Assembly (NCBI GenBank): GCA_903861145.1
Contig: CAIOTH010000106.1
Location: 8,442-72,441, forward strand
Origin: an uncultured Bacteroidota bacterium
GTDB lineage: Bacteria; Bacteroidota; Bacteroidia; Chitinophagales; LD1
Direction of reading: 5' to 3'
DNA: 64,000 nucleotides
A model generated the notes under the pieces. It was not told where the DNA came from and searched no databases. It saw nothing but the letters and a program-made list of their open reading frames with translations. How positions within the stretch are numbered: the first letter of the stretch is position 1; each line of letters begins with the position of its first letter. Of the stretch, positions 16,873 to 27,900 are shown piece after piece. The position numbers were made by a program, and so were the translations under genes.

Positions 16873-18051
16873 ATGAAATACCTCACCCGCACCATTTGGA
16901 TACTATCACTGGTAAGCCTTTTTAATGATGTTTCGAGCGAAATGTTATACCCGGTAATGCCGTTGTTTTTGCAAAGCATAGGGTTTACTTCGGTGCTTAT
17001 AGGTTTACTAGAAGGCCTTGCCGAAGCTACTGCCGGACTTAGTAAAGGCTACTTCGGCCGTTTGAGCGATTCGGCGGGTAAGCGGTTGCCCTTTGTGCAA
17101 CTGGGCTATTTTTTAAGTGCCATTTCAAAACCAATGATGGCGGCGTTTACCTTCCCGTTTTGGATTTTTACTGCCCGCACGGCCGACCGTTTAGGCAAAG
17201 GCATTCGCACCGGTGCCCGCGATGCTATTCTTTCGGATGATACTACACCTGAGAATAAAGGCAAGGTATTTGGCTTCAGGCAGGGTATGGATTCGGCGGG
17301 TGCAGCCATTGGCCCGGCGCTGGCATTGCTGTTTTTGTGGTATAAGCCGGGGCAGTACCGGTTAATGTTTGTGCTTGCTTTTTTACCTGCTATACTGGGT
17401 GGCATACTTACCTTGTTTATAAACGAGAAGAAAATTGAGCATGCGCCAAAAACATCCTTCAAACTAAGCCAGATATTTGATTACCTGCCGGCCTCGCCTG
17501 CACCTTATAAAAAGCTGATTATTGCCTTGTTGCTATTTGCGTTGTTCAATAGCTCGGACCTGTTTTTGCTAATGAAAATTAAGGCTAGCGGATTAAACGA
17601 CCAGGAAGTGATAGGTTGCTATATTCTGTACAATCTTGTATTTGCGTTACTCTCTTTCCCCATAGGTATTATTGCCGACAAACTGGGGTTAAAAAATACT
17701 ATGATTTTCGGTTTGGTTATTTTTGCCACGGTGTATGCCGGTTTCGGGTTTAATACTTCGTTGCAGGGCTTTATCTTTTTGTTTGTGGCCTATGGTATTT
17801 ATGCAGCCAGTAGCGACGGACTGGCAAAAGCACTTATAAGTAACCTGGTGCCTAAAAACGAAACCGCTTCGGCTATTGGCACATATACAGGATTAAGTTC
17901 TATAGCACTATTAGTAGCCAGCACAGTTGCAGGGTTGTTATGGAAATACGTTTCGCCGGCATCTGTATTTTTGGTAAGTGCGGCAGGAACCGGGGTTGTG
18001 GCCATTTATTTTGCCTTCCTGAAGATAGATACCACGCCGGCTGCGAAATAG
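16873..18051 (+). CDS. MFS transporter
   Basis: About 12 TM helices, GRLSDSAGKR motif A, DRLGKGIRTGARDA. Confidence 0.9.
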   Translation: MKYLTRTIWILSLVSLFNDVSSEMLYPVMPLFLQSIGFTSVLIGLLEGLAEATAGLSKGYFGRLSDSAGKRLPFVQLGYFLSAISKPMMAAFTFPFWIFTARTADRLGKGIRTGARDAILSDDTTPENKGKVFGFRQGMDSAGAAIGPALALLFLWYKPGQYRLMFVLAFLPAILGGILTLFINEKKIEHAPKTSFKLSQIFDYLPASPAPYKKLIIALLLFALFNSSDLFLLMKIKASGLNDQEVIGCYILYNLVFALLSFPIGIIADKLGLKNTMIFGLVIFATVYAGFGFNTSLQGFIFLFVAYGIYAASSDGLAKALISNLVPKNETASAIGTYTGLSSIALLVASTVAGLLWKYVSPASVFLVSAAGTGVVAIYFAFLKIDTTPAAK

Positions 18052-18140
18052 ACCGGTAGTTTGCCCTTTAAACCGGGGGTATAATTAACTCAACCTATTG
18101 GCTTAAATTTCTGTATTTTCAACCTGTTAATGGAAATGGA

Positions 18141-18431
18141 ATGAGAGCGAAGAATGATGTTACAATTGGCCAGGCGTTAGATATGATGGTTGATAATTTG
18201 AAGTTGCGCAGTAAGCTAAACGAAAGCCGCATCCGCGAGGGCTGGGTTGAGGTGATGGGAAAGCCAATTGCTAAATACACATCTTCGGTATCGTTGCGCG
18301 ATGGTAAGTTATATATCAAGATAGATTCGGCTGCTTTGAAGCAAGAGTTGAATTACTCTCGTGGTAAAATCATGGAACTGTTTAATAAAGAGCTTGGCCC
18401 TAACGTGGTTAAAGACGTAGTTATTTTTTAA
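18141..18431 (+). CDS. DUF721 / DciA family protein
   Basis: WVEVMGKPIAKYT...LYIKIDSAALKQEL. Confidence 0.85.
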   Translation: MRAKNDVTIGQALDMMVDNLKLRSKLNESRIREGWVEVMGKPIAKYTSSVSLRDGKLYIKIDSAALKQELNYSRGKIMELFNKELGPNVVKDVVIF

Positions 18432-18552
18432 TGCCCCACCATATACCGAAGAGTTATTTTTTAAATTGTGCCGTTACAGAATGGCACCAAACCGGGGAGA
18501 GGCGCTACCCAACAACTTTTTACCGGTTGCAACGTAAAGCAATAACTGCGCT

Positions 18553-20283
18553 ATGCAGATAAATTACAGGCTTATTTTTTACCTTCTTGTTTTAATGGTT
18601 ATTACACCGGGGCGGGCCTGTGCGCTATGGTTAGATGGCGATACGGCAAGTTATGTTTCGCGTGTATATGAGGTTGAGAAAAAGAAGGAAAAAGTAGGTG
18701 ATATAGCCAAAAAACTAAAGGTTGATGCCTCTTTGGTGGGTGCCATGAACGATGGCTTAAGTGCTGATAGTGTTTTAACGAAAGGCCAAACAATACGGGT
18801 GCCTGTATTTTTTAAGGAATCTAAGGGAACTAAAACTTCAGGGATTAAAAAGCCCGGTGCAAAAGGAAATTTGGCAGGAAGCAGTACTGTAATTGCCACC
18901 GAAACCAAACCTGCCGGTCTGCCAATTGATACTGAGTTAGTGCAAACCAAAATACTACTAGCTGAGGCCAACCTTGAATTAAACCAGGCGCTTTTATTGG
19001 GGATACGCGCCAGTTTAGACTCGCTGAACGCTACCGATAAAAATGTGGTTGACCCCAAAAACATTCAGGCCACCATACATAATATGCAACGGCAAAGGGA
19101 TAAAACACTGCTTACTCCCTTTTTGCTACATATGCAGGATAGCTTAAAGACAGAAATAAAAGCCGAACAAAACGAAAAGGCCTCGCTTGAAAGTGTGTTA
19201 GGAGTAAATCAATCTGAAACAAACAAATTGGTAGCTTCATCCGTTACCGAACCTCATCCAAAATACGGTGCAGCAATTGCACAAAACGATATAATTGATA
19301 CGGTAATGGCTAGTGCTCCGGCTAAAGAAATTGCACGTAATAAGACCCCGCTCAAGGATGGCGTAAAGCAACCCAAACCATCAAAAACTGCAAAGTCATC
19401 ACAAGCCGGTAAAGGCAATGACAGTGAAACAGGAACAGCACCGCCGGTAGCGCATCATTGGGAAACTGCAAAAGCACTTTATTACAACGATGATGCCTCG
19501 CCGGCTGATCCTAACGCCAACGATTCTACATTTGCAGATTTGCAAGTAGATGAAAGCGGCGATACCAGCGCTTATGTTCCGGTAGCGGATTTGAATGAAG
19601 GAACGGCCCCGATGTCGGACTCGGTTCGTTATATGAAAGCGCGCCTTTTTTATACCAAAGGCATGAAAGCGACCAATGACCGGGCTTTCAAAAATGCGGA
19701 GCAGGATTTTAGAAAAGCCATTGATTTATTACCCGGTTATTACGACGCATGGTTTGCCCTTGGCGAGGCAGATGCTCACTTAGGCCTCTTAACCAAGGCG
19801 CTAAACGAGTATAAAACCTGTGCAACAATTGATAGCAGCAAACCTGTACTGTATTACAAAATAGGGGGCATTCAAATTAGGCTAAAGCAAAAGGCCGAAG
19901 CAATTTTAAGCTTCAATAAATCCTTGATGCTTGACTCGAATTACATACCGGCAATTATGGGCCGTGCACAGGTAAGCATGGATAAAAAGAAGTATAAAGC
20001 TGCCATTAAGGATTACACACGGGTGCTCGAAATTGATTGGGGTTACCACACAGCGTATCGCTCACGGGCAATGGCACAGTATTGGCTAAAAAATTACGAC
20101 GCGGCAATAGATGATTTTACCCGCTACATTATTTTTGATGAGACTGATGGTTCCGTGTACTTTTATAGGGGGATGGCGAAAGCGGGAATTGACGAAGCGG
20201 GCGATGCCTGTGCCGATTTTTCAATTTCGGCAAAATTGGGCTATGCGGGGGCCGAAAAAGAGATGGAGGCTAGTTGTAAATGA
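18553..20283 (+). CDS. Secreted protein with LysM-like N-terminal domain, coiled coil, low-complexity linker and TPR C-terminus
   Basis: YEVEK.KEKVGDIAKK...MN..L....L.KGQTIRVP, then TPRs ending GDACADFSISAKLG. Confidence 0.7.
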   Translation: MQINYRLIFYLLVLMVITPGRACALWLDGDTASYVSRVYEVEKKKEKVGDIAKKLKVDASLVGAMNDGLSADSVLTKGQTIRVPVFFKESKGTKTSGIKKPGAKGNLAGSSTVIATETKPAGLPIDTELVQTKILLAEANLELNQALLLGIRASLDSLNATDKNVVDPKNIQATIHNMQRQRDKTLLTPFLLHMQDSLKTEIKAEQNEKASLESVLGVNQSETNKLVASSVTEPHPKYGAAIAQNDIIDTVMASAPAKEIARNKTPLKDGVKQPKPSKTAKSSQAGKGNDSETGTAPPVAHHWETAKALYYNDDASPADPNANDSTFADLQVDESGDTSAYVPVADLNEGTAPMSDSVRYMKARLFYTKGMKATNDRAFKNAEQDFRKAIDLLPGYYDAWFALGEADAHLGLLTKALNEYKTCATIDSSKPVLYYKIGGIQIRLKQKAEAILSFNKSLMLDSNYIPAIMGRAQVSMDKKKYKAAIKDYTRVLEIDWGYHTAYRSRAMAQYWLKNYDAAIDDFTRYIIFDETDGSVYFYRGMAKAGIDEAGDACADFSISAKLGYAGAEKEMEASCK

Positions 20284-20289
20284 AAATTG

Positions 20290-20352
20290 TTATCCACATT
20301 GTGCAACTTGTTAATGTGCAAAGCTGTTTAGTTAAGTTATTGATAATCAATG
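20290..20352. promoter_or_regulatory. DnaA box cluster next to an IHF-consensus site
   Basis: TTATCCACA at 20290-20298, TGTGCAAAG at 20315 (one mismatch), TATCAATAACTTA on the minus strand at 20333-20345. Confidence 0.4.
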
Positions 20353-20472
20353 AAAATAATGGGTATATTTAGGATTAAGGTGAAGTAATAAACTTTATTT
20401 TGCATATAGTAAAAACAGATAGGTTTTCAAAGGGTAGTTAAATGAAACATTTATTCGCGCTTTGCAGTTTAA

Positions 20473-23400
20473 ATGATAAGATATACGTGGAATTTGTTTG
20501 TTACGCAATGCAACACCAACGTGGTAAAAGTGCATCATTATAAATGTAAACCGAGCTTGCAAGTGAGAAGATATTACCTTTTGTGCCTTTTTTTGATTTT
20601 TGCCTCGCTAGGGCGATTGTCTGCCCAGTTGCATGCCGGGCTATCGGCCTCAGCCTACTTCGGTTGCCCGCCGTTGACAGTTCGATTCACAGATATTTCA
20701 ACAGGAGGACCCCATACCGAAGTTCTTGATATGGGCAATAGTAATATAGCTGATACTTTACCTGCTACAACAACGTATTTTCAACCTGGCGCTTATACGG
20801 TTATTTTGAGAATAACCAATGGCACTTCAACAGATTCAGCTATTCTTACGATTAGAGTATTTGCCCCGCCTATTGATAGCTTTACCTCAATTAGCCGATT
20901 TGGTTGCGTAGGGCCCAATACCTGCCACATGGATAGTTTTATTAATTTAAGTCTTCCTGGCTCAAGCCCCATTATGGAATATGCGTGGGATTTTGGCGAT
21001 AGCACCCTTGCGCAATCACAGACAGATCCAACTCACTGCTATCAGCACACCGGTTCGCATACCGTTATTTTAGTTGCCCGTGATAGTAACGGATGCCAAA
21101 CCAGCGAGGCGGTAGCCGGCTACGAAGTTATATCACAAGCTCCTGTAGCTACGGTTTCGGCTACGCCAACACAAACCTGCAATACCTCGCTTTTGGTGCA
21201 TTTTACGGGCAGTGGAACATCGTATAACGGCCCAATGACATATGCCTGGTATTTTAACCCCGGCCATCCCGGCACCTCGGCCCAACAAAACCCTAATTAT
21301 ACTTATAATGCACCCGGCATTTACAATCCGTTATTAATTGTTACCGACTCGGTAGGGTGTACTGATACAGCAAGTATTCCGATTTACGTAACGGATGTTA
21401 TTGCCGGATTTAAAGCTGCAAGTACCCAGGCCTGTGCAGGTTTAGCCATGCAGTTTACCGATACTTCGAATTTTGCAAATGCGTGGAGCTGGAATTTTGG
21501 CGATGTAACACCTGCATCAACCTTGCAAAACCCAGCGCACATATATACAACTTCAGGTACTTACACGGTAACCTTAACGGTTTCTTATGGGCCGTGTACC
21601 AATACGGTTACTATGAGCAACTATATACATGTTACTCAGCCCATCAATTTTACTTTTAGCGGTAATCCTACTACGGCTTGCAGTGCTCCATTAAATGTCA
21701 ACTTTACAAATACCGCGGTAGGCGCCACAGCTTATGCCTGGAATTTTGGAGATTTAGGAACTGCTATAACCAGTAGCGCAACGCATACCTATACCGCTGC
21801 CGGTAATTATACCGTGTCATTAAGCGTTACCAATGCTTCAGGTTGTGTCAATACCCAAACCGATAGTTTTTATATAAAAATCGGCAATCCGGGTGCCATT
21901 ATAGCGGTTGATTCATTTCATGGTTGTGCACCGGTTACCATTGCCTTTTCAACTACCTCAACTACGGGTGGAGTAATTGCTTACCAATGGGTTTGGGGTG
22001 ATGGCACACCTAATTCCACCACGGCGAACGCAAACCACACATTTGCAACCGGCGGCACATATTTGCCCTACCTGGTGGTTACTACTGCAGGAGGTTGCAA
22101 AGACACCGTTTATGCTGCTGATTCGGTAAAAGTAGGAACACCTTTAGTGCCTAACTTTTCAGCCCACCCTACTACGCAGTGCGTTGATCAGGATGTGAAT
22201 TTTACCAATCTTACACAGGGTATAACCGGTATTACTACATTCGATTGGAATTTTGGTGATAACAATCACAGTACCCAAACCGATCCTACACACGTTTATT
22301 CCGATACCGGTATTTACACGGTTACCCTTGTAGTTTCAAACCAGGGTTGTAAAACCGACACTGTAAGGATAAAGTACATAACTATTGTGGTGCCCAAAGC
22401 CCTATTTCTGTATAAGTTTAATTGTAACGACCCTTCCAATGTAACTTTTAAAGATACATCGCAAGGTGCGCAAACCTGGATATGGTATTTTGGCGATGGT
22501 GATACTTCACATGCGCAAAATCCACCGGTACATCATTATGATACTGCAGGAAATTATACTATAATGCTGGTAGTTTCTAACAGTATAACCGGTTGTATTG
22601 ATTCAAACAAGCAAACACTAGCCATTGGTGCATCGCACGTAGGCTTTGGTGCAACCCCGCGCTCCGGTTGTAATAATTTGCTGGTTAATTTTTCTGATAG
22701 TTCTGTTTTTGCAAGTGGTTGGTTGTGGAATTTTGGTGATAACAATTCCAGCTCTCTAAAAAACCCTACCCACACCTACCGGGATACGGGTAAATTTACT
22801 GTAACGTTGATTATTAACCCCGGGGCGCAGTGTGCTGATACACTGGTAATGCACAACTACATTACGGTGTATGGTATTATAGAAGATTTGGTGGCCCAGC
22901 CATCAGTAGGTTGTGTGCCAATGCATGTGGCGTTCACTGATTCCAGTTCCTCGTACCAAGGTACAATTACTTCATGGAAATGGTATTATGGTGTAAATAA
23001 CGATAGCGCTTTCGGCCGATCTACTTCATTTATATATAACGCAGTTGGCACTTATACAGCAACTCTAGTGGTAACCGATAGCCGTGGTTGTACAGCAACC
23101 GAATCCAAACAAATTAGTGTTAAATCGGATTTAGCATTTTTTACTTCCGATACGATTGTATGTCCCGGTGAACTGGCGCATTTTCATAATCTATCGCAAA
23201 ACGCAGGTGCCTATTTTTGGAGTTTTGGTGATGATTCAACTTCTATTGATTCAGTACCAACACATGCTTATGCCCATTCGGGATATGATACCGTAATGCT
23301 GGTGGCTATTAATACTACCTATGGGTGTCGCGATACCTTTAGAAGCCCCATACCGGTGCATGTAGATACTCCAACACTCGATTTTACGCCAAGTTCTACC

Positions 23401-25143
23401 TTCTCTCAATGCCCGCCGTTCCCGGTTCAGTTTACTACTATTTCTAATCGTAGCGACTTACAGTGGATGTGGTATTTTGGCGATGGCGATACCAGTACTG
23501 CACGCGATCCTTTTCATATTTATATCTATCCGGGTTATTATGATGTTACCCTGGTGGGTACCGATTCGTTTGGCTGCTCGGGTAGCAGAACGTACCATGA
23601 CCTCATACAGGTTAAGGGGCCTATTGGTCATTTTCACATGATGCCCGGGGTGGGTTGCGTGCCGCTTACAGTTAGCTTTACCGGTACAACAGCGTCTACC
23701 GAATCGAGTATTTTTACACCTGGCCCCGGTGCTGTTTACGATAACCAGATTGATGTAACCTATACCTATACAAGATCGGGCGCATATCAGCCTATTTATA
23801 CTTTGACTGATAGCTTTGGCTGCACGGTTCCATATGTATTGGCACCGGTTGTGGTAGGCTCTTATCCCTATCAAAATTTGCCGCCCGACACTATGATATG
23901 CAAGGGTAACTATGCACAGCTTAATTTACCTGCCGGCGATAGCCTGCAAATAGCAGAGCATTTTTTATGGACATCTAACTTAGGCCAAAGCTATCTTTCG
24001 TGCGATACTTGTCGCAGCCCGGTGGTAATGTCCCCCGATACGATTACATACTATGTAACCTCAATTAGTGTATTTGCATCCAATAATGATACTGCCACCT
24101 GCGTTGCAAAAGACACCATTACAGTAAATGTTGATGCATTACCGCAAATTTTCCCGGGTATTGATTTCCGTATATGCCCTAACGATACTTTGCAACTGCA
24201 TGCAGGGCCCGGTGTTACTGAGGCGGTGTGGACTCCTGACTACTATATCAGCGATACCTCTAGCCCGAATCCAAAAGCATGGCCACCGGATACGACAACG
24301 TACCGTGTAACAGGTACCAATGATGCCGGCTGTTCTATATCGCGCATTGTAAAATTATACCCAATAACTAAAGTAGTTGCAGATATAGCTGTAAGTGATA
24401 CTATCGTGTGTGAAGGCACCATGGTACCTGTTGACGTGGTGGTTGAGCAGGCATCTTTTAATGATACCATGTTCCTATGGTCGCCCGCTAAATATCTTAA
24501 CTCTGATATAATTCAGAATGCTACGGCTACGCTGCCTCCCGGCGTTTATAATTACCAGGTAATAGTGTCAAGTCGCCATTGTATTTCGGATACCGCTACG
24601 ATGCACATTATCGTATCCAGCAAACCGGATTTGGAAGCAGGGATAAGCCAAACAGTGGCATATGGAACCGTGGTGCAATTGTATGGTGCCTCGCATCAAA
24701 GTGTTAATTACACCTGGACTCCATCGGTTGATTCATTTAGCTGCCTCGATTGCCGCAGGCCATTTGTAACGGTAACTCAAACAGAAACTGTATACGTAAC
24801 TGCCGAAAACGAATACGGCTGTAAAACAACGGACTCGGTAGAGTTGAGGGTTGTAGCCTGTGATGCTAAAATGATTTTTGTACCTAACACATTTACACCT
24901 AACAACGACGGATTAAACGACCGCTTGTTTGTGCGCGGTGCCGGTTTGCGAGAGCTTGAATATTTCCGTGTATTCGACCGTTGGGGTAATCTTGTGTTTG
25001 AAACCAAGAACCTAAGCGAAGGATGGGATGGAACCTATGCCGGTAAAGCAGCCGATATAGCAACCTACGCTTACGTTTTGAGGGGCATTTGCTCGAGCGG
25101 CTCAGTGGTGGATATGAATGGTAATGTTACTTTGATAAGGTAA
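20473..25143 (+). CDS. Large multi-PKD surface protein with T9SS type B (gliding motility-associated) C-terminal domain
   Basis: More than ten WxFGD PKD repeats, C-terminal FVPNTFTPNNDGLND...FDRWG...WDG...GNVTLIR. True start probably GTG at 20563, which gives a signal peptide. Confidence 0.9.
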   Translation: MIRYTWNLFVTQCNTNVVKVHHYKCKPSLQVRRYYLLCLFLIFASLGRLSAQLHAGLSASAYFGCPPLTVRFTDISTGGPHTEVLDMGNSNIADTLPATTTYFQPGAYTVILRITNGTSTDSAILTIRVFAPPIDSFTSISRFGCVGPNTCHMDSFINLSLPGSSPIMEYAWDFGDSTLAQSQTDPTHCYQHTGSHTVILVARDSNGCQTSEAVAGYEVISQAPVATVSATPTQTCNTSLLVHFTGSGTSYNGPMTYAWYFNPGHPGTSAQQNPNYTYNAPGIYNPLLIVTDSVGCTDTASIPIYVTDVIAGFKAASTQACAGLAMQFTDTSNFANAWSWNFGDVTPASTLQNPAHIYTTSGTYTVTLTVSYGPCTNTVTMSNYIHVTQPINFTFSGNPTTACSAPLNVNFTNTAVGATAYAWNFGDLGTAITSSATHTYTAAGNYTVSLSVTNASGCVNTQTDSFYIKIGNPGAIIAVDSFHGCAPVTIAFSTTSTTGGVIAYQWVWGDGTPNSTTANANHTFATGGTYLPYLVVTTAGGCKDTVYAADSVKVGTPLVPNFSAHPTTQCVDQDVNFTNLTQGITGITTFDWNFGDNNHSTQTDPTHVYSDTGIYTVTLVVSNQGCKTDTVRIKYITIVVPKALFLYKFNCNDPSNVTFKDTSQGAQTWIWYFGDGDTSHAQNPPVHHYDTAGNYTIMLVVSNSITGCIDSNKQTLAIGASHVGFGATPRSGCNNLLVNFSDSSVFASGWLWNFGDNNSSSLKNPTHTYRDTGKFTVTLIINPGAQCADTLVMHNYITVYGIIEDLVAQPSVGCVPMHVAFTDSSSSYQGTITSWKWYYGVNNDSAFGRSTSFIYNAVGTYTATLVVTDSRGCTATESKQISVKSDLAFFTSDTIVCPGELAHFHNLSQNAGAYFWSFGDDSTSIDSVPTHAYAHSGYDTVMLVAINTTYGCRDTFRSPIPVHVDTPTLDFTPSSTFSQCPPFPVQFTTISNRSDLQWMWYFGDGDTSTARDPFHIYIYPGYYDVTLVGTDSFGCSGSRTYHDLIQVKGPIGHFHMMPGVGCVPLTVSFTGTTASTESSIFTPGPGAVYDNQIDVTYTYTRSGAYQPIYTLTDSFGCTVPYVLAPVVVGSYPYQNLPPDTMICKGNYAQLNLPAGDSLQIAEHFLWTSNLGQSYLSCDTCRSPVVMSPDTITYYVTSISVFASNNDTATCVAKDTITVNVDALPQIFPGIDFRICPNDTLQLHAGPGVTEAVWTPDYYISDTSSPNPKAWPPDTTTYRVTGTNDAGCSISRIVKLYPITKVVADIAVSDTIVCEGTMVPVDVVVEQASFNDTMFLWSPAKYLNSDIIQNATATLPPGVYNYQVIVSSRHCISDTATMHIIVSSKPDLEAGISQTVAYGTVVQLYGASHQSVNYTWTPSVDSFSCLDCRRPFVTVTQTETVYVTAENEYGCKTTDSVELRVVACDAKMIFVPNTFTPNNDGLNDRLFVRGAGLRELEYFRVFDRWGNLVFETKNLSEGWDGTYAGKAADIATYAYVLRGICSSGSVVDMNGNVTLIR

Positions 25144-25158
25144 ACAGGCTTTTATTAT

Positions 25159-25929
25159 CTACTTCTTATCCCAAACATAAACGCTTCTTTGGGCAGTGGG
25201 GTAAACCACTATGTTGGTCATATTAACGTGTGGTGGCGAGGTTACTACAAAGTAAATAATATTGGCAATGTCTTCGGCCTGTAGGGCTTGGTAACCTTCG
25301 TAAACCTTTTTCGCCTTTTCCTCATCACCGTGAAAGCGCACTACCGAAAAATTTGTTTCGGCCGCACCGGGGTCAACCGAGCAGCAGCGGATGTTGGTGC
25401 CAACCAGGTCAAGGTTAATGGCTTCGTTCAATGCCTTTACCGCGTATTTACTGGCGTTATAAACGTTGCCTTCGGGGTAAACTATATGTCCGGCTGTGCT
25501 GCCTATATTTATAATGTGCCCTTCATTGCGCGCTACCATCATTGGTAGTATTGTGCGGGTAATGTAAAGCAGGCCTTTTACATTGGTATCAATCATAGTT
25601 TCCCAATCACTAATCAGCCCTTCGTGTATTTTGTTTTTACCCGATGCCAGTCCCGCATTATTGATAAGTATATCGGGCACAATCTCGCGGCTGGTAAGGT
25701 CGTTGGCCATTTCAACGCACATATTTAACTGGCGCACGTCAAAACAATAAGGCAGTACATGTACCCCGTATTTCTCCTTCAAAATGTTGCCGAAGGCCTC
25801 CAGCTTTTCGGCGGTGCGGGCAGTAATAATCACGTTGCAGCCGTTCTTCGCCAACAGGTCGGCAGTAGCTTTGCCAAAGCCGGAAGTAGCTCCTGTAATT
25901 AAGGCCCATTTACCTCTTATCGAGTTCAT
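25159..25929 (-). CDS. SDR oxidoreductase (YdfG-like)
   Basis: TGATSGFG, NNAG, YNASK, DPGAAETNFS. Confidence 0.9.
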   Translation of the reverse strand: MNSIRGKWALITGATSGFGKATADLLAKNGCNVIITARTAEKLEAFGNILKEKYGVHVLPYCFDVRQLNMCVEMANDLTSREIVPDILINNAGLASGKNKIHEGLISDWETMIDTNVKGLLYITRTILPMMVARNEGHIINIGSTAGHIVYPEGNVYNASKYAVKALNEAINLDLVGTNIRCCSVDPGAAETNFSVVRFHGDEEKAKKVYEGYQALQAEDIANIIYFVVTSPPHVNMTNIVVYPTAQRSVYVWDKK

Positions 25930-26001
25930 ATTTTTTCTCTTAACCAGCCAAAGTTATGCGAAACTATGCGTTACGCATAACCTAATACCAAAATCAGCAC
26001 G

Positions 26002-27882
26002 ATGACTGCAAATTATCATGCTAATATATATGCCAAATGCATACCTTTAATTACCTTAGTTAAAGGGTTATTAAATGTGTTTGGTATGTCATATAGGTCG
26101 CCCCTCAAAGCCTTTTTCCTTTTCTGCTTACTGTGCCCGGCCTTATTTAGCCCGGCCCAATATATAGCCCGGTTGGAGGGTAGCCCGTACCCCTCGAGCC
26201 GCAGGCCAGACACTTTATTTGTAGTAGATGACTTAAAACTTTCAGCACCACAGCAGTTTGTAGTTCAATCGCTACAGGGTTTATTAGCACAATACCGGCC
26301 AAAGATTTACCGTATTAGCGATGCCGGTAGTTTAATGTGGTTATCTGAGCTACACAGCAGGTACGGTGTTTACATGCGCGATACCTTTAAAAACGATTTT
26401 ACTAGCCTGGTGCGTTTTTTTAAAGACTCGATTGACGGATACATATTGTGCAGCATGAATGGCCCCAGTGCAAATGCTGCACTATCGCTATGTACGCAGT
26501 ATAATGCCATTGCTGTGCCTGAAGAATTGGAAAAGGACCTGCCTTTTTTAAAAAAAGTGCTGGACGTTAGAGCATGGACGGAAGAAGATGTTTACGCAAA
26601 ATATCACGATTCATTAAGCAAGAACATTTTAATATATCAAAAGGAGGCTAACCTTACTTATTTAGGCGACTATACAGTATTTGCCAATGCCTTCAGGTTT
26701 TACGAACCAATCACAAATACTTTTACGCAAGCTGTTTTTAAGGATATGAACACCGATGCCGCTTTGTTGGGTTGGGGCGATGATGAGCGCGAATTAGTAC
26801 GCACGGCATCAAAAAACTCCATTATGGTGCATGCCGCCGACCTTGCCAATAATCTTTCTGTACTCACCAATATTGACGCTTCGTACGACCAACAGGATAG
26901 CCCCATAACTTTCGATTCGTTAAACACTAAAGTTCATACTGTTTGCTTTTTAATGACTGATGGCGATAACGTACAATGGATGACGCATGATTTTACCACC
27001 TCAAAAAAGTGGTACAATGCTGACGAACGGGGGAGCATACCATTGGGTTGGACGGCCTCGCCAGCCCTAACCGAGTTGGCACCGCCTATTATTAAATACC
27101 TGTATGATAACGCAAGTAACACTACATCTGGCCGCGATTATTTTGTTGCCGCGCCATCGGGGTTGGGGTATTTATATCCTGATGCATTTCCCGAGATGCT
27201 TACTAATGCAGAGTTATTAAACCGGTATATGAAGAAGGCTGATATGAGCATTGTAAACGTAATTGGCAACGCCCGCAATCCGGATTTATCGGTTTATGCG
27301 CAGTGCAGCAATGTGGATGCGGTGTTCTATTATATGTATTCGGATTACTCGGGTTGGAAGGGAAAAATTATGTGGATTAACGATAAACCTATTATAGGTG
27401 GACGTTTTTCGATGTGGGGCGATAAGGACGGGCCGGAGACTGTTGCGCAAAAAATTAATGAATGCGCAAAAAACCAATTTCAACCCGAAGGCTATAGCCT
27501 TATACCTGTGCATGCATGGACGCATTCGGTAGAAGATGTAAAGAAATGCGTTGGCATGTTAAATGGCGATGTGCGGGTGGTTGCGCCCGACGACTTTGTG
27601 AAACTTATAAAAAGGAACCTGGGCGTAACTTTATATCAAAACTATCCTAACCCATTTACCGATAAAGCCACCTTTAGTTTTTACCTGCCGTTTGCACAAA
27701 ATGTTACCCTGTCGCTTCTTGAGTCGTCGGGTGAGTTGTTGAAAACAATCTTTGAAGGAGAAGCTGGCCCTGGCGTAACCAAAGTTGATTTTTTTAAAGA
27801 TGGCAGTATCGCCACCGGCGTTTACCTTTGCAGGCTTACTACGCCTTACCAAACGCAAATGATTAAATTCCAGATTTATTGA
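26002..27882 (+). CDS. GxGYxYP-family putative glycoside hydrolase with T9SS type A C-terminal domain
   Basis: TDGDNVQW, PLGWTASP, SGLGYLYP motif, C-terminal QNYPNPF...ATGVYL. Start may be ATG at 26086. Confidence 0.8.
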   Translation: MTANYHANIYAKCIPLITLVKGLLNVFGMSYRSPLKAFFLFCLLCPALFSPAQYIARLEGSPYPSSRRPDTLFVVDDLKLSAPQQFVVQSLQGLLAQYRPKIYRISDAGSLMWLSELHSRYGVYMRDTFKNDFTSLVRFFKDSIDGYILCSMNGPSANAALSLCTQYNAIAVPEELEKDLPFLKKVLDVRAWTEEDVYAKYHDSLSKNILIYQKEANLTYLGDYTVFANAFRFYEPITNTFTQAVFKDMNTDAALLGWGDDERELVRTASKNSIMVHAADLANNLSVLTNIDASYDQQDSPITFDSLNTKVHTVCFLMTDGDNVQWMTHDFTTSKKWYNADERGSIPLGWTASPALTELAPPIIKYLYDNASNTTSGRDYFVAAPSGLGYLYPDAFPEMLTNAELLNRYMKKADMSIVNVIGNARNPDLSVYAQCSNVDAVFYYMYSDYSGWKGKIMWINDKPIIGGRFSMWGDKDGPETVAQKINECAKNQFQPEGYSLIPVHAWTHSVEDVKKCVGMLNGDVRVVAPDDFVKLIKRNLGVTLYQNYPNPFTDKATFSFYLPFAQNVTLSLLESSGELLKTIFEGEAGPGVTKVDFFKDGSIATGVYLCRLTTPYQTQMIKFQIY

Positions 27883-27900
27883 AAAGCTGATTATTACCTG

